Origin: an uncultured Methanoregulaceae archaeon
GTDB taxonomy: Archaea > Halobacteriota > Methanomicrobia > Methanomicrobiales > Methanospirillaceae
NCBI GenBank assembly: GCA_963737635.1
Contig: CAVTTL010000001.1
Location: 1,376,001-1,440,000, forward strand
Length of the DNA stretch: 64,000 nt
Direction of reading: 5' to 3'
The notes under the pieces were generated by a model. The model searched no databases. It was not told the DNA's origin and saw nothing but the letters and a program-made list of their open reading frames with translations. Of this stretch, positions 49,651-58,803 are shown piece after piece. A program made the translations under genes and the position numbers. Numbering within the stretch: the stretch's first letter is position 1; each line of letters starts with the position of its first letter.

Positions 49651-50103
49651 CTAGTATTCATATAACATGGATTCATCAATCCGGGTATATGCGAATTGTT
49701 CAGTAGGTTTGAAATGAATACCAATCTCCCTAGTGGCACTCTCCGGGGAATCGGAGGCGTGGATCACGTTCCTGCCGATATCGATTCCGAAATCACCCCT
49801 GATCGTTCCGGGTGCTGCTTCCTGCGGGTTTGTTGCGCCGATTAACTTACGGACGATCGCGACAGCATTCCTGCCTTCCCAGATCATCAGAAAGCAGGGG
49901 CCTCCCATAATATAAGTTTTCAGGGATGGGAAGAATGCCTTCGAAAGATGTTCCCGGTACTGTTCGGTGACCCTTGTCTCGGGCAGCACCTCGATACGGG
50001 CTGCCACCAGTTTGAGGCCCTTTCTCTCGAGCCGGGAAACGATCTCGCCAACAAGACCGCGCTGGACACCGTCAGGCTTGATCATCACGAAGGTACGGTC
50101 CAT
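49651..50103 (-). CDS. ndk: nucleoside diphosphate kinase
   Basis: [29 protein letters not shown]. Confidence 0.97.
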   Translation of the reverse strand: MDRTFVMIKPDGVQRGLVGEIVSRLERKGLKLVAARIEVLPETRVTEQYREHLSKAFFPSLKTYIMGGPCFLMIWEGRNAVAIVRKLIGATNPQEAAPGTIRGDFGIDIGRNVIHASDSPESATREIGIHFKPTEQFAYTRIDESMLYEY

Positions 50104-50111
50104 ACGGGAGA

Positions 50112-50303
50112 TCACTCCTTGTTCGAACTCTTCTGCCCTGCAGCCGTCCACTCAACCCGGCGGGGAACCCTGCCCAGTTTGTGGTTATTCTGGCACTTGG
50201 TGCTGCAGAAATAAAAGATCGTGCCATCTTTTTTGATAAACATCTTGCCGGTGCCCGGCTCGAGTTGTGTACCGCAAAAACTGCAGATATGCTGTTCAAC
50301 CAT
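50112..50303 (-). CDS. rpl24e: ribosomal protein eL24
   Basis: CSFCG...PGTG...FCSTKC...PRRVEWT. Confidence 0.96.
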   Translation of the reverse strand: MVEQHICSFCGTQLEPGTGKMFIKKDGTIFYFCSTKCQNNHKLGRVPRRVEWTAAGQKSSNKE

Positions 50304-50308
50304 CTGGT

Positions 50309-50518
50309 TCACCGCCTCGATAGTTTCTTTGCCTCGCGTTCGGTCTCAAGGAGCATGATAATATCTCCTTCCCGGATTGGTCCGACCGTATTGCGGGTGA
50401 TAATGCGTCCTTTGTTATTGCCATCAAGGATCCGGCACTTGACTTGCATCGCTTCCCCGTGCATACCGGTGGAACCGACAACCTCAATGACTTCTGCGGG
50501 CGTTGCGTCGTCAGCCAT
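50309..50518 (-). CDS. rps28e: ribosomal protein eS28
   Basis: [27 protein letters not shown]. Confidence 0.97.
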   Translation of the reverse strand: MADDATPAEVIEVVGSTGMHGEAMQVKCRILDGNNKGRIITRNTVGPIREGDIIMLLETEREAKKLSRR

Positions 50519-50527
50519 GATCGCCCC

Positions 50528-50896
50528 TTATGCCTTTAATGCAACCAGCTGCTTTGCGAGATCCTCGATCACTTCTTTTGCCTTGCCGGGCTTGACAATT
50601 GCTGCAGCAGCAGAACCGACGTCAAGGCCGCTGGCGGCACCGATATCGTTTTGTTTGTTTATGAAGATGTAGGGGATCTTTTTCTCATCGCATAAGGGAG
50701 CCAGATGCATAACGATCTCTGCGGGTTCAACGTCAGATCCAATTAAAACAAGCAGTGCGGCGCTGCGCTCTATGGCTTTTGTTGCCTCGTTTGAACCTTT
50801 TTTGATCTTCCCGGTGTCTCTTGCAACTTCAAGGGCTTCAAGCGCCTTGTTCTGGAGCTCCTCAGGAGCCTCGGTTTTTACGTATCCTTTTGCCAT
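50528..50896 (-). CDS. rpl7ae: ribosomal protein L7Ae (eL8), K-turn binding
   Basis: [30 protein letters not shown]. Confidence 0.97.
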   Translation of the reverse strand: MAKGYVKTEAPEELQNKALEALEVARDTGKIKKGSNEATKAIERSAALLVLIGSDVEPAEIVMHLAPLCDEKKIPYIFINKQNDIGAASGLDVGSAAAAIVKPGKAKEVIEDLAKQLVALKA

Positions 50897-50899
50897 AAC

Positions 50900-50979
50900 T
50901 CACCTCATTCAGGAGCCAGTTTGCCCCTTCATTACTCATCAGTCAGCAGTGATGCAGCCATATCATTTCATCAAGAGGA
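50900..50979 (-). promoter_or_regulatory. double box C/D (K-turn) structure in the rpl7ae leader, overlapping the SD
   Basis: Minus strand CCTC-T-TGATGA-21nt-CTGA-C-TGATGA-23nt-CTGA-AT-GAGGTGA-GTT-ATG; CCTC can pair with GAGG of the SD. Confidence 0.75.
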
Positions 50980-51054
50980 GAAATAAAGGTTTGTGAGCAG
51001 TAAAGATATCAACAAGGCTGGGTATCTCACAGATCCATGGACAGTTTGCGCGCA

Positions 51055-53055
51055 TCACTCTGCAATGCGGTAGATGGTGGTGCCCTGCCCGGAGTACACC
51101 TGTTCAAGCCCGGTTGCAGGGAGGCTTACATTATATGTCTCCCTCTCTAAATCACCTACGTAGAGAAGAGTGGCATTGTATTTTTTCATAAGGGAAACTG
51201 TCTGATCTGGATTTTCATAGATTGACTTGACATCTGCAGGCCGGGCGCCGTACCAGCCTGTGGTATCCCCCCGCCACATATACTCGTGGAATGGCTCACC
51301 AAGGATTGTGGGGATCCCGGTGAACGACGAGATCCGGGAATAATAGGTATAGTCTCCTCCCACAGCTTCGACAATGTGTTCATCCCCAGTCAGGTTCCTG
51401 AGGTATGCGACTCCACCGGCATCACCCGGATGTGTTGTATCCAGATATGCAAGCCCATCAAGCGTCCGGCCCCCATAGTTAAGATCAAGAGGAACGATAA
51501 AAGGTACGATAAAGAGAAAACCCACAATAAGGACGGCAAGTACAGCACTTTTTTTGGCAGGAATGACGGGAATACGATTTGGTTTAGTAAACCGTATCCC
51601 CACCATTGTAAAAGAGCTGATACCGAGGATGATCCATGCGGGCAGGTAACACTTGAAGACGGTGTTCATCCGGAAATACGTATCTCCCATATTGTCCTTA
51701 AGATAAAACAGTTCCACAGAAATAAGGATCAAAAGCCCGAATATAGCGAGAAGATCGGGAATGCTGTGCTTCTTTTTTGCGATGAAATAGATAAGAGGGA
51801 CGGTAGCAATTGCAGCCGCAAAATACCCGGTAATGATAAAGGGGACCGCAACAAGCAAAAGGTACGGTCGCTCCCGGATATCTTTTATGAGAAGCAACAG
51901 GAAAATAGCGATAAACCAGCCGTTAGCAAGCAGGAACTGGAAGGGATCGGATGGCGTTTTTACAATCCCAATACCACCGGTACTCGTTTTGAGCATCACG
52001 TAAAAGGGAAGGTAAATCAGAATGGAAAGAGGAGGAATCGCGATAAGGTGGCCCCATGATGAAATTCCTTGACCGTTTTTCCAGCTTCGCAGGATGATTA
52101 ACACGGCAACGACGACCGTAATCGGGGCGTAGATAAGAACGTCCCATGTGTTGATCAAAGGCATGGAACCAAGGCTGAGTGCAGCAAGACCACAGACCAG
52201 CCATTTACTTCGGGCCTCGAGAGACTCCCAGTATTTGTACAGGTAGATGAGCAGGAAGATCAACAATGTCTGGTTAAAAATCGAGATAACGTGGGCGTGG
52301 AGATCTCCCCAGGTAAATGAGAAGAGTGGATATTCGTTTATGGTATTGGTGATTGTGCGGGTACTATTCCAGAGCGCGGAATTGAGCCCGTTTCCGAGTA
52401 TGAGCTGGTAAAAAAACGAAGGGTTGGGTATAAAGAAGAGAAGCAGCGGCAGCCAGCGGAACCGGTCGAGCAGCAGGGTACCGATTGCATAGACCGTTAC
52501 AGCCGCAACACCAAGGACTGTCGGCAGGGATAGATTAAACGCAATGTTTGAGGAAACCCCGCTTACGATGCCAAGACCGCCAAAAATCCAGTACCCCAGA
52601 TAATAATACACATCCATGGTGCCCCCGGCAAACCAAGGGTCAAGCGGCGGCACGACCGGGCTTCGCATTATGGATGCAAGAAACGCGTGGTCCATGAACT
52701 TCTCTGCATAGGAGATCGTCGGGTTGACAAATCTGACCGTGAGCATTAAGAAGAAAAAGATCAGGAAAATGAGTTCCCAACGCCACTCTTTCTTCAATTC
52801 GTTCCATGTGTAATCACGCCGGTACGCGTGATATCCAAAAAGCAGGATAAAAGGTACAAGCCCGAGCTGTACAGGAAGAGCAACGAGACCACAATACCAG
52901 GTAAGGATTGTAAAGATAAGGAGTGATGCAGCAAAAGAGGTTGGGAACGCATATTGTTTCAGACATTTTTTCAGGGAGGGATAGAGCGCAAGCTGTAAAA
53001 AGGTTATAACCAGCAGCCAGCTTGCGACTGATATAATCTGGAAATCAGGTGTCAG
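51055..53055 (-). CDS. DUF2298 / Chlor_Arch_YYY (TIGR03662-like) membrane protein, probable CTG start
   Basis: EKFMD, PPLDPWFAG..VYYYLG, NEYP.FSF..GDLHAH, RMNTVFK; frame open 86 codons upstream of the ORF-track start, to CTG preceded by GGAGG. Confidence 0.85.
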   Translation of the reverse strand: MTPDFQIISVASWLLVITFLQLALYPSLKKCLKQYAFPTSFAASLLIFTILTWYCGLVALPVQLGLVPFILLFGYHAYRRDYTWNELKKEWRWELIFLIFFFLMLTVRFVNPTISYAEKFMDHAFLASIMRSPVVPPLDPWFAGGTMDVYYYLGYWIFGGLGIVSGVSSNIAFNLSLPTVLGVAAVTVYAIGTLLLDRFRWLPLLLFFIPNPSFFYQLILGNGLNSALWNSTRTITNTINEYPLFSFTWGDLHAHVISIFNQTLLIFLLIYLYKYWESLEARSKWLVCGLAALSLGSMPLINTWDVLIYAPITVVVAVLIILRSWKNGQGISSWGHLIAIPPLSILIYLPFYVMLKTSTGGIGIVKTPSDPFQFLLANGWFIAIFLLLLIKDIRERPYLLLVAVPFIITGYFAAAIATVPLIYFIAKKKHSIPDLLAIFGLLILISVELFYLKDNMGDTYFRMNTVFKCYLPAWIILGISSFTMVGIRFTKPNRIPVIPAKKSAVLAVLIVGFLFIVPFIVPLDLNYGGRTLDGLAYLDTTHPGDAGGVAYLRNLTGDEHIVEAVGGDYTYYSRISSFTGIPTILGEPFHEYMWRGDTTGWYGARPADVKSIYENPDQTVSLMKKYNATLLYVGDLERETYNVSLPATGLEQVYSGQGTTIYRIAE

Positions 53056-54028
53056 ATTTTTTTCCTCCCACCAATTTCGAGGAAATTGCCGCTTTAATAG
53101 TCGGGATCACCCAGTCACCAAGATAGTAGATTGAAACTACTCCCCCGGCAAGTGTGACCAAATTCTTGATCAGATCATCTATTGTGGCAATCAGGAGCGC
53201 TTCAACCCAGGCGATTCCGGCGATCTCGTAAAAGGTAGTCGCCATGATAAATTCATAAGGTCCGATTCCACCTGGTGTTATTGGAACCGCTTTTACTAGA
53301 TTACCCAAAACGACCGCAAGAACAATAACTACGAACGGGATCTGTTGCTCAAACATCATCGCTACCGAGCAAGTGACAAGGATATCGATGATCCAGATAA
53401 CGATGGATGAGATGCCGATAGTAAAAAGTGAGCGCAGGGAAAGTGATGCTCTCCTGATCTCATCGAGTACGGTCAGGATCCACTTCACATACTTATTCGT
53501 CGTGGTGAGTCTTCCGACAAATATCAGGAAGGCAAAGAAAGCAAATCCGGTAGCAAGGATGCAAATGAGGATAATGACGTATATCTTGAGATCCTTTGGG
53601 AGATTGGGGAGGAATAAAAGGGAGGCCGCTCCAAGCAGGGCAATGGCAATGATATCAAAGACCCGTTCAACTATGATCGAGGATAATCCCTCCGAGATTG
53701 TTATCTTGTATTCGTGATTCAGGATGGGGATCCTGACAAAATCTCCCAGTCGTGCTGGGACAACGAAATTGTATGTTTGGCTTACAAAGACGCATGCCAT
53801 CGAGAAGGTGACACCGGCCCGGTAATTAAGGCCGATAAGGATCCGGTTGTACCGCCATCCGCGCAACCACCATGCGCTAAGGCAGACTATTACGGCTATT
53901 CCCAGATAGATCGGAATGAGGTGCTGGAGCGCGGTGAGCAGGTCACTCCGGACCCGGTAAAGCATATATGCCATAATCCCGACAGCGATCAGACTGGGGA
54001 TCAGGAACGCACTAATTTTTCGGTACAT
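53045..54028 (-). CDS. lysylphosphatidylglycerol-synthase TM domain / flippase-like protein (UPF0104)
   Basis: PARLGDFVR, ERVFD, PITPGGIGPYE. Confidence 0.88.
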   Translation of the reverse strand: MYRKISAFLIPSLIAVGIMAYMLYRVRSDLLTALQHLIPIYLGIAVIVCLSAWWLRGWRYNRILIGLNYRAGVTFSMACVFVSQTYNFVVPARLGDFVRIPILNHEYKITISEGLSSIIVERVFDIIAIALLGAASLLFLPNLPKDLKIYVIILICILATGFAFFAFLIFVGRLTTTNKYVKWILTVLDEIRRASLSLRSLFTIGISSIVIWIIDILVTCSVAMMFEQQIPFVVIVLAVVLGNLVKAVPITPGGIGPYEFIMATTFYEIAGIAWVEALLIATIDDLIKNLVTLAGGVVSIYYLGDWVIPTIKAAISSKLVGGKKSDT

Positions 54029-54731
54029 GAATCTGCCACCAAAGACGCAGGATGGATAATCCCATCTCGAATATATCCTTTATCCTAACGGTTGTTCCTC
54101 TACCAGCCCGCCACCTGACGGGAAACTCCGTGATTGTATACCCTTTCCGCTGTGCTCGAACAAGGAGTTCGGTATCCCAGAACCAGTGGTTCGACCGTAT
54201 CGTAGGAAGAACAAGGAGGATTTTTGTCCTGTTAAACGCCTTGAATCCGCACTGGTGATCGTAGAGCTTGCTGCCAAGGACAAACCGGACAAGGAAATTG
54301 TACGATCGGCTTGCAATTTCACGGCCCTCGGTTCTTCGTATATCGCTTTCCGGGAGGAGACGGGACCCCGTGGAAATATCAGCACCTTTACGTATTCCAT
54401 CAATGAGCTCCGGGAGGTGCTGCATATCGGTCGCAAGATCAACATCATAGTAACAGACGATAGAGCCTTGTGCTTGTCTTATTGCCCGGTTGAGTGCTTT
54501 TCCTCGCCCCTGACGTTTATTGCAATGGAGGAGTTTCACGTGAGTTGATTTTGTTTCGTACTCCCGGACCAGATCCGCACTTCCATCGGTACTTCCATCT
54601 TCAGCTACTATCACCTCGAAATTTTCCGTAATGTTGGAGAGTACTTTAAGGGATTCCGGAATTGCACGTTCGAGTGCAGACCGGTCATTAAATACCGGAA
54701 TAATCGCAGTTACTTCGGGTACTACCGTCAA
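54012..54731 (-). CDS. GT2 dolichol-phosphate glycosyltransferase (AglD-like catalytic domain)
   Basis: EDGSTDG, GRGKAL, DVDLATD, DHQCGFKAF, WFWDTE. Confidence 0.88.
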   Translation of the reverse strand: MTVVPEVTAIIPVFNDRSALERAIPESLKVLSNITENFEVIVAEDGSTDGSADLVREYETKSTHVKLLHCNKRQGRGKALNRAIRQAQGSIVCYYDVDLATDMQHLPELIDGIRKGADISTGSRLLPESDIRRTEGREIASRSYNFLVRFVLGSKLYDHQCGFKAFNRTKILLVLPTIRSNHWFWDTELLVRAQRKGYTITEFPVRWRAGRGTTVRIKDIFEMGLSILRLWWQIHVPKN

Positions 54732-55955
54732 TCTACTTTCTCCCTAATATACTTGGCAATCCGATTGCCCGCCCTAACTGAACCCTCCATGCTTCTTTCA
54801 GGATAGTTATCCTCGGAAAACATCCCGGCGAGATAGATGCCATGTTTTTCGTAAGCGGGAATCTGCGAGCGATAACCGGTTGTGTAGATTGGTCCGGCCC
54901 AAGGGTCAACGGTTATCCGGCTCCAGTGGATCTCCTGTTCCTGAAGACCAAACCGTGAACAGAAATCTTCTCTCATTTTCTGGTCAAGCCGTGCTGGAAC
55001 AGGACCGCTGAAATATGAAGCTGAAATAGACGATATGCTCCCCGTATTGTTCCCTCGGAATGAAATTAGTATGTGCCACAACAGCCCCGTATGGCCCTTC
55101 GGCTTTCATATTGATCCAATATACTCCTTTGCAGACGTCACGTTCGATTCCCATGGTCATGCAGGCGGCACCCTGATAGGGGATATCCGGCATCGTAAGC
55201 CCGGATATTCTCCCTACTTCTGCCGGTGGGATGGTGGACAGGATCACGTCCACGCTCTCACCGTTAATCTCCCATTGGCTGCCATTTTTTGAAAGTGAGG
55301 TAACTGGTGTCTGCAGGTTAATTATGCCCTCCTTGGTCAATATAGATTTTTCAAGCCTGTCGATGATCTGGTGAAAGCCTCCGTTCAGGTATCCAAGATG
55401 CTCGCCGGAAACGCCCCTGTTTGATCTGATGGCAATACGACTGATAAGCCAAGCTGCGGATACTTTGCTCCGGTTCTTCCCGAATTTACTCCTCAACAGG
55501 GGTTCAAAGAATGAGGCATATATGCGGGGGCCGAGATGTTGGAGGATATACGTCTCGGCCGGGATGTCGTCCAGAGACAGCGGATCTGTTTTTTTAGCTT
55601 GCAGAGTCAGCAGGGCAAGTCTCGCTTTATCTATGAGCGAAAGTTCCGGCCAGCGCAGGATTTGCAACGGGGTTGTAAGCGGATAGAGGGTTTCCCCGGA
55701 AAAGTAACCGGTGCTTCCTTCCCGCCATTCAAGTTTATCCCACAATCCGAGTTCCTGTATGAGGGCAAAAAGTTGCGAATCCCCGGCGAAACAATGATGG
55801 TAGTACCGTTCAATCCAATAATTATCGATGTGATAGGATGCGAGGCATCCGCCCAGATAAGGCATCTTCTCGAAGAGTACTACTTCATGATCTCCGGCTA
55901 ATGCATGGGCGGCGACAAGCCCACACATACCCCCGCCGAGTATGCCAATTTTCAT
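54728..55955 (-). CDS. FAD-dependent oxidoreductase (protoporphyrinogen/amine oxidase family), +1 frameshift near 55023
   Basis: ILGGGMCGL, ERYYHH, SAAW...RI; correcting one base gives HIVYLASYF joined to YPERSMEGSV. Confidence 0.85.
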
Positions 55956-56146
55956 GGTATGCTAGATATTATTTGTCCGGCATCAAATGAAAAAGGCTCC
56001 GTATCGGCCAAGGAAAGACGCGACGAAACGCGACGGAAGTTTGTAAGAAAGTTTTTGTATTGTCGAAATTAAAGTTCTTAAAACAAAGGACTTAAAAGAA
56101 TTAAAAGAGAATATCTATCCGTCAGCCCATTGGATGGTGTAACCAG

Positions 56147-57337
56147 ATGAGGGTATTTTTCATTGGTTTTGGTCAAGCGGGGGGCAAAATTGTCGACATG
56201 TTCATTGAACAGGACAAGAAGCTCGGAACCAATAGTTTCCGGGGTATTGCCGTTAATACCGCAAGGACCGATCTGATGGGGCTTAAGCACATTGAATTGA
56301 AAGATCGAATCCTCATTGGGCAGACACTGGTAAAAGGTCACGGTGTGGGTACCGATAACGTGACCGGGGCAAGAGTTACCGCCGACGAAATCGACAGTGT
56401 TATTAATGCGGTTGATTCGCGGGGAACCCACGATATTGATGCGTTTGTAATTGTAGCCGGGCTTGGCGGGGGAACCGGTTCAGGCGGCTCTCCGGTGCTT
56501 GCACGCCATCTTAAGCGAATTTATCGGGAGCCGGTCTACGCACTGGGTATAATTCCGGCACCGGAAGAGGGTCGGCTCTATTCCTATAATGCTGCACGCA
56601 GTTTGACAACGCTGGTAAACGAGGCGGATAATACTTTTATTTTTGATAACAGCGCATGGAAGAATGAAGGAGAGAGTGTCAAAAGCGCATTCCAACGGCT
56701 CAATAACGAAGTTGTTCGGAGATTTGCAATCCTCTTCCGTGCAGGTGAGGTGGGCCGGATGGGTGTTGGTGAGATGGTTGTGGACTCAAGCGAGATTATC
56801 AACACCCTCAGAGGAGGTGGCATTACTTCCGTGGGTTATGCCGTCAGTGAAGTGATCAGCGCACGCACCAAACAGCAGCGGGGAATATTTGGGGGTATCA
56901 GGGAAAACATCAAGGATACCTTCGGGGGTAAAAAGGAGGCAAATGAGGAAGTGCTTTTAGGGGAGGACCGATCAGCAAAGATAGTCGGTCTTGTCCGGCG
57001 AGCTATGCTTGGCCGCCTTACTTTGCCTTGTGATTATTCCACCGCCGAACGAGCGCTGGTTCTTATCGCAGGACCTCCGGATGAAATGGATCGAAAGGGT
57101 GTCGAAAAAGCCAAGAGCTGGGTTGAGGAGAACATAGCAGGCGTTGAAGTGAGAGGAGGGGATTATCCGGTAAATAGTGAATACGTTGCGGCAGTTGTAA
57201 TGCTGGCCACTGTTGGCAATGCTCCCCGTATCAAAGAACTTCTTGATATTGCAAAGGAAACAAAAGAAGAGGTTATTAAATCCAAGGAGAAGAAATCGAA
57301 TATGTTTGAGGAAGGTATCGAACCGTTGTTCGAATGA
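56147..57337 (+). CDS. cetZ: CetZ (archaeal tubulin/FtsZ superfamily)
   Basis: IGFGQAGGKIVD, GHGVG, AGLGGGTGSGG, FDN.AW, VVDSSEIINTL, EVRGGDYP. Confidence 0.9.
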   Translation: MRVFFIGFGQAGGKIVDMFIEQDKKLGTNSFRGIAVNTARTDLMGLKHIELKDRILIGQTLVKGHGVGTDNVTGARVTADEIDSVINAVDSRGTHDIDAFVIVAGLGGGTGSGGSPVLARHLKRIYREPVYALGIIPAPEEGRLYSYNAARSLTTLVNEADNTFIFDNSAWKNEGESVKSAFQRLNNEVVRRFAILFRAGEVGRMGVGEMVVDSSEIINTLRGGGITSVGYAVSEVISARTKQQRGIFGGIRENIKDTFGGKKEANEEVLLGEDRSAKIVGLVRRAMLGRLTLPCDYSTAERALVLIAGPPDEMDRKGVEKAKSWVEENIAGVEVRGGDYPVNSEYVAAVVMLATVGNAPRIKELLDIAKETKEEVIKSKEKKSNMFEEGIEPLFE

Positions 57338-58476
57338 GGTTGATGATGAAGGGATTGAAACGGTTAATTTTAATTATATCTCTGTTGGTACTCATCGTGC
57401 CAGCAGTCTCAGTAGCATTTACAGTGAATTCGATGGTGATAAACCCAAATAGCGGGGCACTGTCTCCAGGAACCTCCGTAGATCTTTCTTACACTGTTCA
57501 GGAACCCAGCGGGGAATCGACAATGAACAATCTGGTGATGACGACCGCCCTGACAAAACCCCAATGGTCGTATATTATTTATGTGAACGGAAACCCGACT
57601 GCGCCCACCCAGTCTCAGTCTGAAACTGTCGACATCAGTAGTTTTTTACTGGAATACAAATCCAGTGACGATGTTTCAGTTGGAGTGACATTGTCAGGTG
57701 CTACACCTGCAGCAACACAGACTGCGAACCAGACCTTAGTCCAGATTTGGGAGGAAGATTCTAACGGTAATCAGCTTGCAACACCTTACGTAGTATCGGC
57801 CTTAGTGGTCAATCCTGGCGATATTACGACTGCGGTCGCCAACGCGAATGCCCAGCTCAGCCAGCTGAAAACCGACATCGACGAAAAATCGGCGTTGGGT
57901 GTCGATACATCCGCAGCAGAAGCGCAATATAACACTGCCACGAGTCAGATCTCTCAGGCCCAAGCTCTTCCCACAGCTCAATACAGTCAGGCATTAAGCG
58001 ATATCTCTACGGCGACATCTACCATCTCTAATGGAGAGACTCTCCTTGATAAATCTTGGGCAGAAGCGGAGATCACTACTGCTCAAGGACCGGTAAATAA
58101 TGTCGATGGGTTGATCGCCTTTTTCCAAGGCAACTCAAGTACTGCGAATGACGCCAGATTGTCAACGATTATCAATGAACGGGAAATAGCAGTGAGTTAC
58201 ATATCATCGGCAAATGATTTCATCAGCAGTGGTAACTATGCATCAGCACGATCAAAAGCTGAACAGGCATACACCGAGGGAAATCAATCCTATAATGATG
58301 CACTTTCTTTCCAAGCCTCAATATCCCAAAATCCTCTTGCCGGGATCATTTCAGCCATTAGCTCAATCTTCAGTTCCGGTATCCTGTTTATTGGTGCAGG
58401 CGTCGTAGTTGTTGTGTTAATTATCGTTGGTGTAATCATCTATCGCAAACGCTCCCGATGGGATGAGCTTGGCTAA
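57334..58476 (+). CDS. secreted cell-surface protein with C-terminal membrane anchor
   Basis: Signal peptide, Ser/Thr-rich beta region then helical region, TM, tail RKRSRWDELG; ATGA overlap with cetZ. Confidence 0.75.
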   Translation: MRLMMKGLKRLILIISLLVLIVPAVSVAFTVNSMVINPNSGALSPGTSVDLSYTVQEPSGESTMNNLVMTTALTKPQWSYIIYVNGNPTAPTQSQSETVDISSFLLEYKSSDDVSVGVTLSGATPAATQTANQTLVQIWEEDSNGNQLATPYVVSALVVNPGDITTAVANANAQLSQLKTDIDEKSALGVDTSAAEAQYNTATSQISQAQALPTAQYSQALSDISTATSTISNGETLLDKSWAEAEITTAQGPVNNVDGLIAFFQGNSSTANDARLSTIINEREIAVSYISSANDFISSGNYASARSKAEQAYTEGNQSYNDALSFQASISQNPLAGIISAISSIFSSGILFIGAGVVVVVLIIVGVIIYRKRSRWDELG

Positions 58477-58803
58477 ACTTATCTTTTTTTAATTCTGAAC
58501 TCTCTCTAAAACAAGAAAAGAGTAAACATCTGAATTTTAAATATTAGCACCAAATAAAAACATAAATGTGTTTTTTGTAATGCATTCTAATGCTGATTCC
58601 TTTCCTAAACTGTGAGGGTGAGAGAATCGATACAAATGCATACCCGGATCAGGTGCTTAATTTTATAATAAGAGCCCGAGAATCCTGATATCCGGCTTAA
58701 AATATAGTATTATGTTATTCCATAAATTCGTATATTCATGTTAAAACACACAAATATTAGTTGCCGAGACTCGAATCTGGAGTTCCTTAAGAAAAATTAT
58801 TCT

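Noticed and set aside
58760-58790. tRNA-like fragment (TTCGAGTCTCGGC on the minus strand)
   Set aside because: Only a T-loop-like string; no acceptor, D or anticodon arms.
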